A stretch of 64,000 nucleotides of DNA, from the NCBI GenBank assembly GCA_000004985.1, contig GG738858.1, one strand, 5' to 3'. The notes beneath the pieces were generated by a model that saw only the letters and a program-made list of their open reading frames with translations, made no database searches and had not been told where the DNA came from. The first letter of the stretch is position 1. Every line of letters starts with the position of its first letter. The DNA is from Naegleria gruberi. Its lineage: Eukaryota. A program made the position numbers and the translations under genes. Shown piece by piece: positions 53,729 to 64,000 of the stretch.

Positions 53729-55126
53729 ATGGGTAATAGACAATCGAATAGAACTCACAATGAAAGCTCGCCAAGACATGGTGCTAGCTCCAGTAGAATG
53801 AATAGCAGTAAGAATAGAGTAAAGCATTTGAGGGACCAAGAAGTAAAAGATGCTAACATTCATGAACGTAGTTTCTCCTCATCAATGTCAGACTCGTTAG
53901 ATTTCACTCACATGTTTTCTATGGGTCAAAATGATAAAGGTCAATTAGGTAGAGGAATAATAAGTAAGGATGATATTGATAGCTATCCTATGGGCCCAGT
54001 AACGGAAGTCGAACAGAAGAACACTGCTGATTTAGATGAAGATGAACAAGCAGAAATTGCATCTCGTGTGCTGAAGGATATCAAATTTGTTGCAACAGGC
54101 AGGTCTCACATAATCATGGTAACACACTCCAACAAGTTATATGGAATGGGTTTTAACAATTATTCACAACTTGGTTTCCCAGAAACTGAAGAAAATATTC
54201 CAAGATTAAGAGAAATTCAACTTCCAGAAGATGTCAAGACCATTGATGGACTTGCTGCTGGTTGGTTCCACTCTGTTGTTGTTTGTGATGGTAATAAGGT
54301 ATTCTGTGCAGGACATTCATTCTTTGAACAAACATTTGATGTTGCAATGGACAAGGGCTTTAAAAGATCTGTCAAGATGGAATTCCTACAAAGAGATAAT
54401 TCCAAGATTACTGTTGTGAGTGCATCCACATTCTCCAGTTCACTTGTTGTTGATAATTGGAAGATTTTTGCTTGTGGTGAAATGAATGCCAATTCCAATC
54501 CAGCCAATTACCTCGTTCCAGGATGTGAAATTTTCAAACGTGATGAAGTTATCAAAAAGTTTAAACATGCTGATAAGGGACTTGTTGTGTTAGCAGAAAG
54601 TGGTAATGTCTATTTTGCAACAAAGGAAAGACCATTCCACATCCTCATGGACTCTGTTCATTCCATCACACCTTCCCACATGTATGAAACAACCTACGCA
54701 ATGAAAGACAAATCAACAATTTTGAGTGAGTGTGATTTGTCTCCTCTGACTGTTCGTGCACAAGTCAATGTGCAAGCCTTTGTTGAAAAGTATGGAATGG
54801 AGAATATTCAACTCTATTGTGGCTACTCCTTCTACTATTTGGTTGTTAATAAGAGAAGAGTTTATACCATCAATGGTTCCGAATTGAATGAAATTTTGAA
54901 TTTGGATGGAGTGACCACTACTGTAAATATCAAGGAAGTTGTAGCTACATCCGATTGTTCATACTTTATCTTTGAAAAGTGTTTGTTTACAGCCTCCGAA
55001 TTGTTGATGAAGTCGAGATTACTTTCCTGCGAAATGTATAAGGACGTTTCTATTATTGCCTCTGATGAGGATTATTATTATTCACGTGGAAGTATCATTT
55101 CCAATGAAGAATCAGCTTGTATATAG
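53729..55126 (+). CDS. RCC1-repeat (regulator of chromosome condensation-like) protein with an MGN N-terminus
   Basis: Repeats of the RCC1 type are present: ATGRSHIIMVTHSNKLYGMGFNNYSQLG, AAGWFHSVVVCDGNKVFCAGHS, CGYSFYYLVVNKRRVYTINGSELNE. Confidence 0.5.
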   Translation: MGNRQSNRTHNESSPRHGASSSRMNSSKNRVKHLRDQEVKDANIHERSFSSSMSDSLDFTHMFSMGQNDKGQLGRGIISKDDIDSYPMGPVTEVEQKNTADLDEDEQAEIASRVLKDIKFVATGRSHIIMVTHSNKLYGMGFNNYSQLGFPETEENIPRLREIQLPEDVKTIDGLAAGWFHSVVVCDGNKVFCAGHSFFEQTFDVAMDKGFKRSVKMEFLQRDNSKITVVSASTFSSSLVVDNWKIFACGEMNANSNPANYLVPGCEIFKRDEVIKKFKHADKGLVVLAESGNVYFATKERPFHILMDSVHSITPSHMYETTYAMKDKSTILSECDLSPLTVRAQVNVQAFVEKYGMENIQLYCGYSFYYLVVNKRRVYTINGSELNEILNLDGVTTTVNIKEVVATSDCSYFIFEKCLFTASELLMKSRLLSCEMYKDVSIIASDEDYYYSRGSIISNEESACI

Positions 55127-55338
55127 TATTAATAAATTATTGATTTAAATTACGTGATCATGGTGCTTGATGATGAAAATATTTTCAAGGAACATTTTTT
55201 GTTTTTTTTTCTAGAGTTTACAAAAACTGGCATTTTTGAGAGGGAAAACCAACAAAAAAAATTAAATGGCTTGAGACATCATTTTCGAGCTTGATGGCGA
55301 AGGGGTAAAAGAATTGAAAAGGAGAAAATATTATCATC

Positions 55339-56013
55339 ATGATGAAGGAGGAATTACTCAACAAACTTGTTGTGAGAAGTTGCGATTTGAGAGTGGAATC
55401 TAAATCTGCTCTTCAAATTTTCTCTCTTGTTGAAAAAGCCTTTGAAAAGGAACCACATAGTGATCATAGAGAACAATTCCTTGTTGAAAAGTTGTATCAG
55501 GCACCTCCAGAGGAATCTTCCTTTATTCCAGAGTTGTCCTTGGTAGCAGAGTTGGAGGATGAAATTGTTGGATTTGCCTTGTTGACTAAATGTCTGCTTG
55601 TACCTCATCATCAGCAACAATCATCATCGGAATGTTCTACTAATAACAATCTAACATCATTAACAACAAGTACAGAGGAAAAACAACAACAGGAATCTAT
55701 TATTTCACTGTGTTTGGCTCCCCTGGCCATCAAACCACAATATCACAAGATGGGAATTGGAAGTTTATTGATGAGGGAGGCTCACAAACGTGCCAAAGAA
55801 CTTGGTTTTACTTCTGTGGTCCTGGTTGGTCACGAACACTATTATCCAAGATTTGGATATCGTCTGATGAGGGAGTTTGGAATTAGTGTTCCCTATCAAG
55901 ATATCCCTGCCCAATATTGTATGGTGATCGAGTTGGTAGAAGGTTGTTTATCATCGGATTCTCGTGTGAATGGATCTATGGTTCAATTTGCTAAGGAATT
56001 TTCAAATTATTAA
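55339..56013 (+). CDS. GNAT-family N-acetyltransferase
   Basis: IVGFALLTKCL, then QYHKMGIGSLLMREAHKRAKELGFTSVVLVGHEHYYPRFGY, which is the acetyl-CoA-binding Q/R-x-x-G-x-G/A motif and GNAT core. Confidence 0.55.
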   Translation: MMKEELLNKLVVRSCDLRVESKSALQIFSLVEKAFEKEPHSDHREQFLVEKLYQAPPEESSFIPELSLVAELEDEIVGFALLTKCLLVPHHQQQSSSECSTNNNLTSLTTSTEEKQQQESIISLCLAPLAIKPQYHKMGIGSLLMREAHKRAKELGFTSVVLVGHEHYYPRFGYRLMREFGISVPYQDIPAQYCMVIELVEGCLSSDSRVNGSMVQFAKEFSNY

Positions 56014-57289
56014 ACAATAATTTGAAATTAATATTTATTTTTATTATCATCACATCAAAACCTTTGGTCATTCTGAATCCATTCTTAAACTCAAAGACAA
56101 CTGGTTGGGCACACATTCCAAGATTGGTCTCGGTACTGGAATCAATCTTTACCAAAGAATTACAATAAATTATTTCTAAATTATTTAAAATTACTTGATC
56201 AATAATTTCATCAACTTCCAAGACAATCTCAAAACTCTCAAACCATCACATGATTCATCCATTCCATTGACTCACTGTATGTTCAACCATTGAACTTCTG
56301 CAGAAGGATCATATTTTCAGGAGAGAAAAATTGGAATAATTTGGAAGTTCTCTTATTGGTCGTCGACACTAATTCATCCTTCTTGGCTACAACAAAACTA
56401 ATTACATTGGTATCGCCATTGATAAAGAAAGTTTTGGGCAGTTTTCTGATTGCTCTTCCAAATATTGCTTAGTCTTGATGGAGTGGAGAATAATGGAACC
56501 TAATCCCTTGAAATCGAATCCAATCACCTTAGAAGTGAGCCAAGTTACCAAAGCTCCACCAGCTGCTCTTTCTCTCCAGCCTTTCATATCCCTTCTGTGA
56601 TCAAAACCTTCCTGCAAGACCATCTTGATGCAAATGATGGTCTTGAAGGTTGTTGTTTCCTCCTCCTCCACCAGCAAACATGTTGCTGAACGACGATGAT
56701 GATGTAGTAGCTGTGGTCATGTTGTGTGAGTTATTATTGAGGTATTTGTTTAAATTTGGTGATGTTGTTGAATGTTGAGGCGATTTATTTGCTTGTGAGT
56801 GCGTTCTGGTTGTAACATCAAGTTCAATCAAATTTGGATCCAATTAACCTCCCTTCCTTAATTGACCTCTCATTTGAGAAAAAAGCTACAAATTAAGGCA
56901 AATGTACTTCTCAACCATTTGGGACACGACCTAAAATTTTCAATATTCACTTTCTAATGTTTGAATGTTTGTGTGAAAATTGTTATCAACACCTGTGTGA
57001 GGCACAATAATTTGATGAATGTTTGATTCAAGCTTCGAACAACGGATACATCACAAGGAATAATCTGTATTTCCTGTTGAGTATGAAACTAACAAAATGC
57101 TGGAAATTCTTGAACCCTTTTGGAAGGAAATATTGAATGTTGTGAAAAATTGTTGATTTGAAAATTCACAATAAAAATTTCACACATCTCTAATCTATTA
57201 AATTGTATTAAATAATTTATTATAATTATATCATTACAATACATTTATTTACAAAACAATAAATTTACAAAATTCTCATTCTCCATATA

Positions 57290-59383
57290 ATGGAAGGAAA
57301 AATCTTTCGGACAACAATAAACTCCTCAACTCCACCAATTAATAGTTCTAAAAAAATGGAAGAAAATTCTCTGCTGTTATCCACAAGAATGAACTCTTCC
57401 GAAGAGGTCTCTTTAAATCATGATCATTATGAAAATTACAATGGAATTGCATCAAATAATCATCACGATGAAGGAAACTTTTCATCATCGGAAGCAAATA
57501 TTAACGGTGATGAAAAGTTTATAAGTGTTGATGATGCCATTGAATGGATGGGGTTTGTATTCTTCTGATGTATGAATGTGAATGAATGAAAATTAATTGT
57601 GTGCACAGAGTTGGAAAATTTCAAATTATCTTGTTGTTTGTGTGTGGAATTGCTTGGATGGCTGATGCATGTGAAATTATGTTATTGAGCTTTATAATGC
57701 CTGCTGTGAGGGATATTTGGAATTTGGGATCGGCTGAAGAGGCAACGATTGGTGGCATTGTGTTTGCTGGCATGTTGATTGGTTCATCATTTTGGGGATT
57801 TATTTGTGACAGATTTGGAAGAAAGATTGGTATTGTGGCAATTTTTACAATTTGTTCGATATTTGGATTAGGAAGTGCATTCTGTCCTAATTTCTGGTCA
57901 TTGGTAGTGGTTAGATTCTTTGTTGGATTTGGAGTAAGTTTTGTTGAATTGTGTGAATTATTTGAATTTGTTTTATATGAATTTTCTGAATTTTCTTGAC
58001 TTTTTGACAGGTTGGTGGAAGTCATGCCCCATTTTCATTATTTGTAAGTTTTCTTCATTGATATTTAGATTAGATGATTTAATTTTGTAAAATATTTGTA
58101 AATGTGAACCAAATTTGTTATTGAAAAATTAAGACTGAATTCTTGCCAAACAAATCGAGAGGTTTCTTCTTATTATTGATTGAAGTTTTCTGGACTGTGG
58201 GAACTGTGTTGACCTCAGTGATGGCTTTGGGTGAGTTTTGAAATTTACCACATTTTTAACATGTTGTGAAAATTAGTATTCTTGGGATTTCCTGAAATAT
58301 TTGGAGATTATGGTTGGAGATATCTTGTTGGAGTCAGTTGTTTACCAAACGTAATCATGTTATTTTTCGTTCCATTTCTTCCAGAATCACCTCGAGTTTT
58401 GGTATTGAAAGGAAATGTTGAAAAGGCAGAACGAGTTTTCAAACGTCTTGCTTGGTGGAATAATCGACCAATGTTTGAAGGAAAATTGAAAGTTGATGAA
58501 AATGCAACCAAGAAGAAGGGAGGATCTATCTTACTCTTTTTCACAAAACCATTGTGGTTCAGTAGTCTTCTCATTTTAATCTTGTGGTTTATTGGTGTGA
58601 GTTTTGATTGATTTTATTGAGATTTTAATGAGTTTACAATTATGATGATGATAATTTGTGGAAAATTAAATCACTTGATGAATTGGAAATGTGAATTGTG
58701 GAAATAATCAACAAATTATTGGAAACTTTGAAAATTTAAGGCATTGGCTTATTATGGAGTTGTGGTCATTACTCCAAATTATTTTGGAAACAATACTAGC
58801 AAGCTCTCTGTCTACATTAATACCATTATTGTTTCTGGAGCTGAGTTACCAGGATTATTATTTGCCTATTCTGTAATTAACACATTTGGAAGAAAGAAGA
58901 CAATTAGTTTACTTTTCCTTTCGACTGGTTTATTCCTAGGATGTTTAGCCATTCCAACAGAAACCTGGTTATTAACCATCTATGCAGTTGGTGCAAGAGC
59001 TTCAATTATGGGTGCAACTGTAAGTATTTTACAATTCACATTTGTGAAATTCAAACAAAATTACAATTTTTGTAAAGTGTGCTCTTTGGGTCTATACTCC
59101 TGAGGCTTTCCCGACCAATATTCGATCTCTTGGAACAGGAATGGCAAGTGCAAGTTCAAGAATTGCAGCTATTGCCACTCCATACATTGCAACCATGCTG
59201 TCAAAAATCAATCCAGTCATTCCAGTAGCTATTTATGGTGGCTCATGTCTGATTGCTTTCGTCATGGGACATATTTTGCCATACGAAACAAATGGCAAAT
59301 CATTGGCTAATGATGTAAGTGAGCTGGTGAATTACTCAACCAAGAGAAGAAAAAAGACTGAAAAAAGCATAACTGATAATTAA
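57290..59383 (+). CDS. MFS transporter of the SV2 / organic-ion type. It has 7 exons: 57290..57552, 57609..57933, 58011..58043, 58134..58230, 58277..58596, 58741..59019, 59078..59383
   Basis: Splice sites (GTTTGT, GTAAGT, GTAAGT, GTGAGT, GTGAGT, GTAAGT donors; AG acceptors) join into one frame. The joined product reads ...DDAIEWMGVGKFQIILLFVCGIAWMADACEIMLLSFIMPAVR...GFICDRFGRKIG...VGGSHAPFSLFTEFLPNKSRGFFLLLIEVFWTVGTV...ALAYYGVVVITPN...CALWVYTPEAFPTNIRSLGTGMASASSRIAAIATPYI. These are the MFS signatures D-R-x-G-R-K and PESPR. Exon 1 and its first splice are the least certain. Confidence 0.6.
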
Positions 59384-59618
59384 ATAAAGTTATTATTATT
59401 TAACTTATTATTGGAAGAAAGAACAAAGACAACTCCAAAATCTTTGAAGATATGAGTTTGTAAACTCTTCACTGTCACACTTTAGGTCTATTCAATTTAT
59501 TGATAAAGTTGAAAAATCAATTGAATGGAAAACCAAAATGCTAAGGATAAAGAGGCAACCAATCATTTGGATGGAAAATCCTGAGATTACAATTTTCATT
59601 AGGATAAATTAAAAAAAA

Positions 59619-60254
59619 ATGTCACAACTCAAAACACTTCTCTTGACACTTTTGATTGCTTCGATCGTTGTTCTTGCCTCCAGCTATGAGCCAACATTGG
59701 ATCTCCTTGATCAATACTGTATGCGCATGTTCACCTATTCAAAATCATCAAAATACGAAACTAACATTTACGTCGACCATTCGAAAGGTCAATATTCACA
59801 CAAACTCACAACACCACAAGGATTACGTCAAGAGTACTTTTACTTCCAATCCAACGACACTCTCTACACCTTCTCTGAACAATCCAAATTAGGACAATGG
59901 ACATGTGTCAAAAAATTAAAAGCAAATTTAAAGAATTCTGAAATGGACCCTTGGAGATCTCAAATTTTCACAGGAATGAAATATTCTGGCATTGAAAAGA
60001 ATTGCCTCAATGTCCTTACTCGGAATATTGCTCTCTGTAATCGATATGATAACAAAATTGTGACTAATATGGTAATTGATTATTATGTGGAAACTAATCA
60101 CACGAGTGAAATTCAAATTCCATTGCAAATGTATAAAATTGTTGGAGAGAGAGTGAAGGCAGAGTTAATTTATGTGTATGAATATAGAAGAAGTCCAATG
60201 GCTAGTGATTTTATGTTTCCATTTTCGGAAAATATTTGCACATTTGGAAATTGA
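59619..60254 (+). CDS. hypothetical secreted protein (211 aa)
   Basis: ATG 59619 with signal peptide MSQLKTLLLTLLIASIVVLASS. Six Cys residues; no recognised domain. Confidence 0.4.
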   Translation: MSQLKTLLLTLLIASIVVLASSYEPTLDLLDQYCMRMFTYSKSSKYETNIYVDHSKGQYSHKLTTPQGLRQEYFYFQSNDTLYTFSEQSKLGQWTCVKKLKANLKNSEMDPWRSQIFTGMKYSGIEKNCLNVLTRNIALCNRYDNKIVTNMVIDYYVETNHTSEIQIPLQMYKIVGERVKAELIYVYEYRRSPMASDFMFPFSENICTFGN

Positions 60255-60430
60255 AATTTTATATTTAATAAATTCTGAATATTTATTTTACAATAAATTG
60301 AAGGATTTACAATCCAATCAAATTAAACTTTCTTTAAAATTCTTGAAATAATTTTGATTGATATGAAATTTTGCCGCCAAAATTTTAACAAGCTTCAAAG
60401 CAAAAACCAAGTTAAAAAAAATTCCGCAAT

Positions 60431-63400
60431 ATGAAATATGCACAAATCCTCCTTCTCATCATTATTATCATAATTTGTTTTCTTTCTTCTCTTTCTTCCG
60501 CTCAAAATTCGATTCTTTTTGTTGAACCAAAAATTGGACGAAACCAAACTAATTGTTCCAATCCGAATCTTCCCTGTGATTCAATATCCAATGCACTGTT
60601 ATCAGTTCTGCAGAATAATAACACAACAATAGTGAGGATAATTTTACTTTCCGATATTACAAAATGTACTTTGAAAAATATTCCAACTTTCGTCAAGGAA
60701 TTGGAAATTATCGGAAACAATGAAACTCTAAAATTTACATGTAATATTGATACACACTCATCCTATTTGAAATTAACAGTTTCTAATTTGACATTAATTG
60801 GAGATTTCTCTGTTGATGGATCACAGGAAAGTGTCATTTTGGAAAATGTAGTTTCTTCCAATTTCATGATTATTATTTCGAAACAAATCGTATTTAACAA
60901 TGTGAGGACCACTGGTTATTCTACAGTGTTCGTAATAGCATCATCTTCTTTAGAAATTGATAATTGTCAAATTAATGGAAGATTTTCTGTTCAGACTGAT
61001 GGTTTGAAATATCCGAAAACATTTATTAGAAACTCAATATTTAGAAATAGTTTATTGACTATTGGACTTGAAACTGTCTTTGGAGTATCAATTAATTACA
61101 GACAATTGTTTGTAATTTCATCATCTTTTTATGATTCAATCTTGTTGGTGAAGGATAATTCAATAATAAGTATAAGAAACTCTATTTTTGATGGATATTT
61201 CTCTTCAGTGAGTAAGGATCAGGGAAGTATTCTGTACGTTTCGTCATATTCCCCTTCAGCTCTTACTGTGTATGATTCAGTTTTTAGAAATAACATTGTG
61301 GATGGAGCTGTACGATTGATTGGAGCAGGAATCAATTCATACTTTAAAAATTGTTCATTTTCTGATAATGCCAATCATTCTGGAGGTCCAGCTCTCTACT
61401 TGGCCAATATTTATGCAGCTGTCATTGAGAATTCAGTTTTTATTAATAATGAATTTGTAAGGTTGAATGTCTCTAATGTACAAAATAGAGAGGAGTTGGG
61501 TGGAGGAGCAATTTTTCAGAGACAATCCATTCTGACCACTGCTAATTGTTCCTTCATTAATAATAGAGCTAATCAAGGTCTTGGTGGAGCAATTTTGACA
61601 AGTCATTCGACGATTTATAATAGTAATGATGATGTAAGTATTCTTGAGCTAATTGAAAGTTGACCATTCATGTAATTAGGTATTTTTTAATAATACAGCC
61701 AAGATTGGTGGAGCAATAGCCACATTAGACACAAGTTCATTCCTTGCAGCTTCTATTGAGAGTTCTAAATTCCTAAATAATTCAGCAACCATGTTGGGAG
61801 GAGCTATCTTTTCCTTTAAAAGTAAATACGTTAGCATTCCAGTTCTAACAGATTTTATTGGAAACAGAGCTCATTACGGAGGAGCCATTTATTCAGTTTC
61901 TACTTATTTTAGAGTATACGATGTTGAACTTGTTGATTTTCAAGATAATTATGAAACTGGACCTAATGGTGAGAAATTATTAAGTAATTACAAATCATTT
62001 CCTGACAATTTTAAGTTGAATATTACAAATTCCAATAATATTAAGGAAAAGACATTCAATGTAAATTTTGGAGAACGTGTAGAGATTCAATTCTCTCTTT
62101 CAGAAACGTACAGGTATTTGCACAGCGATTTCATAGACAATAGTCCAATAAGTATTGATATTAAGGTAGATGGAGCTGTCATTGATTTTGAAGGATCTTC
62201 ATATAGAAAAAATATCATGGCAACATTTTACAGTAATTCCAAAGAGAGAAAGAAATTTACATTTACTATTACCTTGAGTTTTGATGTGTTAAAATCATTC
62301 ACCTATTCAGTTTCAGAAACTTTCACAGTCGAACCAATGGAATGCAAACCTAGCTATTGGTATGACATGGTAGTTAAAAATCAAATCAACAACCAATCAG
62401 TGTATGGATGTGGTTTCAGTTGGTATAGCATTCTACCATTTATTTTCTTTGGATTTTTAATAATTTCAGTAATTGTTATTGTAATTTCCTTGTTTGCCTT
62501 TTTCAAGATTAGGAAAATGAAGAGCAAACTCAAAATATTAGACAAGAAGGAGCAAGCAGAAGTGGAATTGAATCAAAGATTGATTGAATTGGAACAATTA
62601 TACACCTCTGAATTACAAAACAAGTTTTACATGAAGGATTGGATGATAAAGGTAGAGGATATCAAAATCATTTCAAAAATAGGAGAAGGAGGAATGGGAG
62701 TTGTTTATCGTGGAATGTTTTCAATGCACGAAGTTGCTCTTAAAACTGTCAAGATTGACAGCGACGATCTTGAATCCAATGAATTTGAAAAAGAAGCAAG
62801 CATCCTTTCATCCATGAGACATCCCAACATTGTTGGATTCTATGGGGTTTGTGTTACTGACACAACCAGATTCATGGTCACTGAGTACATGTCTGGTGGA
62901 AGTTTGGATTCTTTCATTTACAATTGTAAAATCAAAACTCGACACATTACAATCCCAATGAAAATCTCAATCTTGATAGGAATAGCCAATGGAATGAACT
63001 ATCTACATACTGGAAAGGGTGACATTGTCATTCATCACAGAGATTTAAAACCAGCTAACATTCTCCTTACAAATGATTTAATTCCCAAAGTTTGCGATTT
63101 TGGATTATCGAAATTATCCAAAGATTCTGGAAAGAGCTCCAAAACAACCAACATAGGAACTCTGTATTTCATTGCTCCTGAAATGTTACTTGGAAAGGAT
63201 TACAATCAAACAATTGATGTTTTCAGTTTTTCAATTATTATGTGGCAATTAATATTTGACGAAACTCTTCTCTACGATTCTTCCTATTCCACTAATCCAA
63301 AGTTTACCAGATTTATGAAAAGTGAGGAAATCAAACAATTTGCCACATTGGTTGACTCTTCTTATATTCTAGTTCCAAAATTGGTTACAGAAGGATTACG

Positions 63401-63644
63401 TTTGCCCATTCCAAAGATTTCTTTGGATTCGACTGAATTACGTGAATGGATATTTGAATATTTCATTAATGATGATGCAAAAATTGATATGCAATACAGA
63501 GAAGACTCATTTGAAAGATATTCGAATGGTTTGAGTGCTCTATTCGAATTGATGGAAAAATGTTGGCGAGAATCAATTGTTGAAAGACCTTCCTTCAGTG
63601 TAATTTCGAAAGAATTATTAACCATTAGGAATATGTTCAAGTAG
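60431..63644 (+). CDS. receptor-type protein kinase (2 exons: 60431..61633, 61680..63644) with a signal peptide, parallel beta-helix (pectate-lyase-like) ectodomain, one TM helix, and a cytoplasmic TKL/tyrosine-like kinase
   Basis: Signal peptide MKYAQILLLIIIIIICFLSSLSSA. The ectodomain has repeated N.xxN.......GGAI / SxF.NN units (parallel-beta-helix style). A 46-nt intron (gtaagt...aattag) joins ...NSNDD|VFFNNTAKIGGAIA. TM helix is ILPFIFFGFLIISVIVIVISLFAFF. The kinase carries IGEGGMGVVYRG, VALKTVK, HRDLKPANILL, DFGLS and APE. Confidence 0.7.
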
Positions 63645-64000
63645 AGATTATCTATTACTACTTTCTAATAAAGCCAATGAATTATGTTGAATTCATTTTT
63701 TGTTTGGTAAAAGTACTGCATCTTCAGCTCTTTCAGCTCTGTGAGTGTCCGAGGAAAGTTGATTTGGGTAGCATCTATCAAAAGCAAAGTAAAGTCATGG
63801 CACTCCTATGATGCATCATACAGTGCTAAATTAGTTTTTTAAGTTTAAAGGTATTTTTGGAGCCTACCGATGCCATAATGGTTGATTCTGCCACAATTTC
63901 AAGAACCTTCAATTTCCGCCAATCAGAGTAGCTTGAAACATTGTGCAACAGTGAACTTAGACCTAAACCTATAGATATGGAGTTCTCAGTGGAAGATTAT

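Noticed and set aside
56402-56843. Two overlapping minus-strand small ORFs, 56601-56843 and 56402-56677 (possible FUN14-like small membrane protein MVLQEGFDHRRDMKGWRERAAGGALVTWL...)
   Set aside because: The frames overlap by about 75 nt without a plausible intron (the only GT..AG candidate is 9 nt). The domain assignment is a weak guess. It was left unannotated rather than called.
1-64000. CRISPR arrays, operons, restriction-modification or other prokaryotic defence loci
   Set aside because: The sequence is eukaryotic: spliceosomal introns, Pol III 5S and tRNA genes, and actin, tubulin and ubiquitin. There are no direct-repeat/spacer arrays and no bacterial gene organisation.

Overview
This 64 kb window is AT-rich eukaryotic nuclear DNA with high gene density. 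Genes lie on both strands and carry 0-6 short spliceosomal introns of 43-144 nt, with GTAAGT/GTGAGT/GTATGT donors and AG acceptors. TAA is the usual stop codon, and many proteins have S/T/Q/N-rich low-complexity tracts. Nothing here is prokaryotic: there are no operons and no CRISPR array. The gene content fits a free-living protist, most consistent with an amoeboid or heterolobosean-type lineage; an early-diverging fungus is not excluded, and the taxon cannot be fixed from sequence alone.

Recognisable genes include:
- a conventional actin, plus an actin/ubiquitin pseudogene mosaic
- two dispersed 5S rRNA genes and three tRNA genes (Asp-GTC, His-GTG, initiator Met)
- a G-protein gamma subunit
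- a giant EGF-repeat / GPS-motif / 7TM / RGS receptor and a 5'-partial paralog of it
- two paralogous membrane-RGS proteins in inverted orientation around a 3-exon subtilisin gene
- a Sel1-repeat kinase-like protein that looks like a pseudokinase
- a receptor kinase with a parallel beta-helix ectodomain
- a 7-exon MFS/SV2-like transporter, an Rnl2-family RNA ligase, and a divergent alpha-tubulin paralog
- glutaredoxin, a mitochondrial carrier, a CDA-fold deaminase, ankyrin, NHL, RCC1, GNAT and F-box/LRR proteins
- two paralogous multi-TM alpha/beta-hydrolase genes that share a ~350 bp identical gene-conversion tract

The most notable non-genic signal is a 512 bp element with 18 bp terminal inverted repeats and a perfect 8 bp target-site duplication (a MITE, possibly hAT-like), inserted inside the actin-like pseudogene. 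Taken together, the heterotrimeric-G-protein signalling genes (EGF-7TM-RGS fusion, membrane-RGS pair, G-gamma) are the closest thing here to a coherent, poorly described system, but nothing in the window can be identified as a single planted novel system.

The supplied ORF track uses non-ATG starts (TTG/GTG/CTG reported as M), so several listed ORF starts were corrected to the first in-frame ATG.
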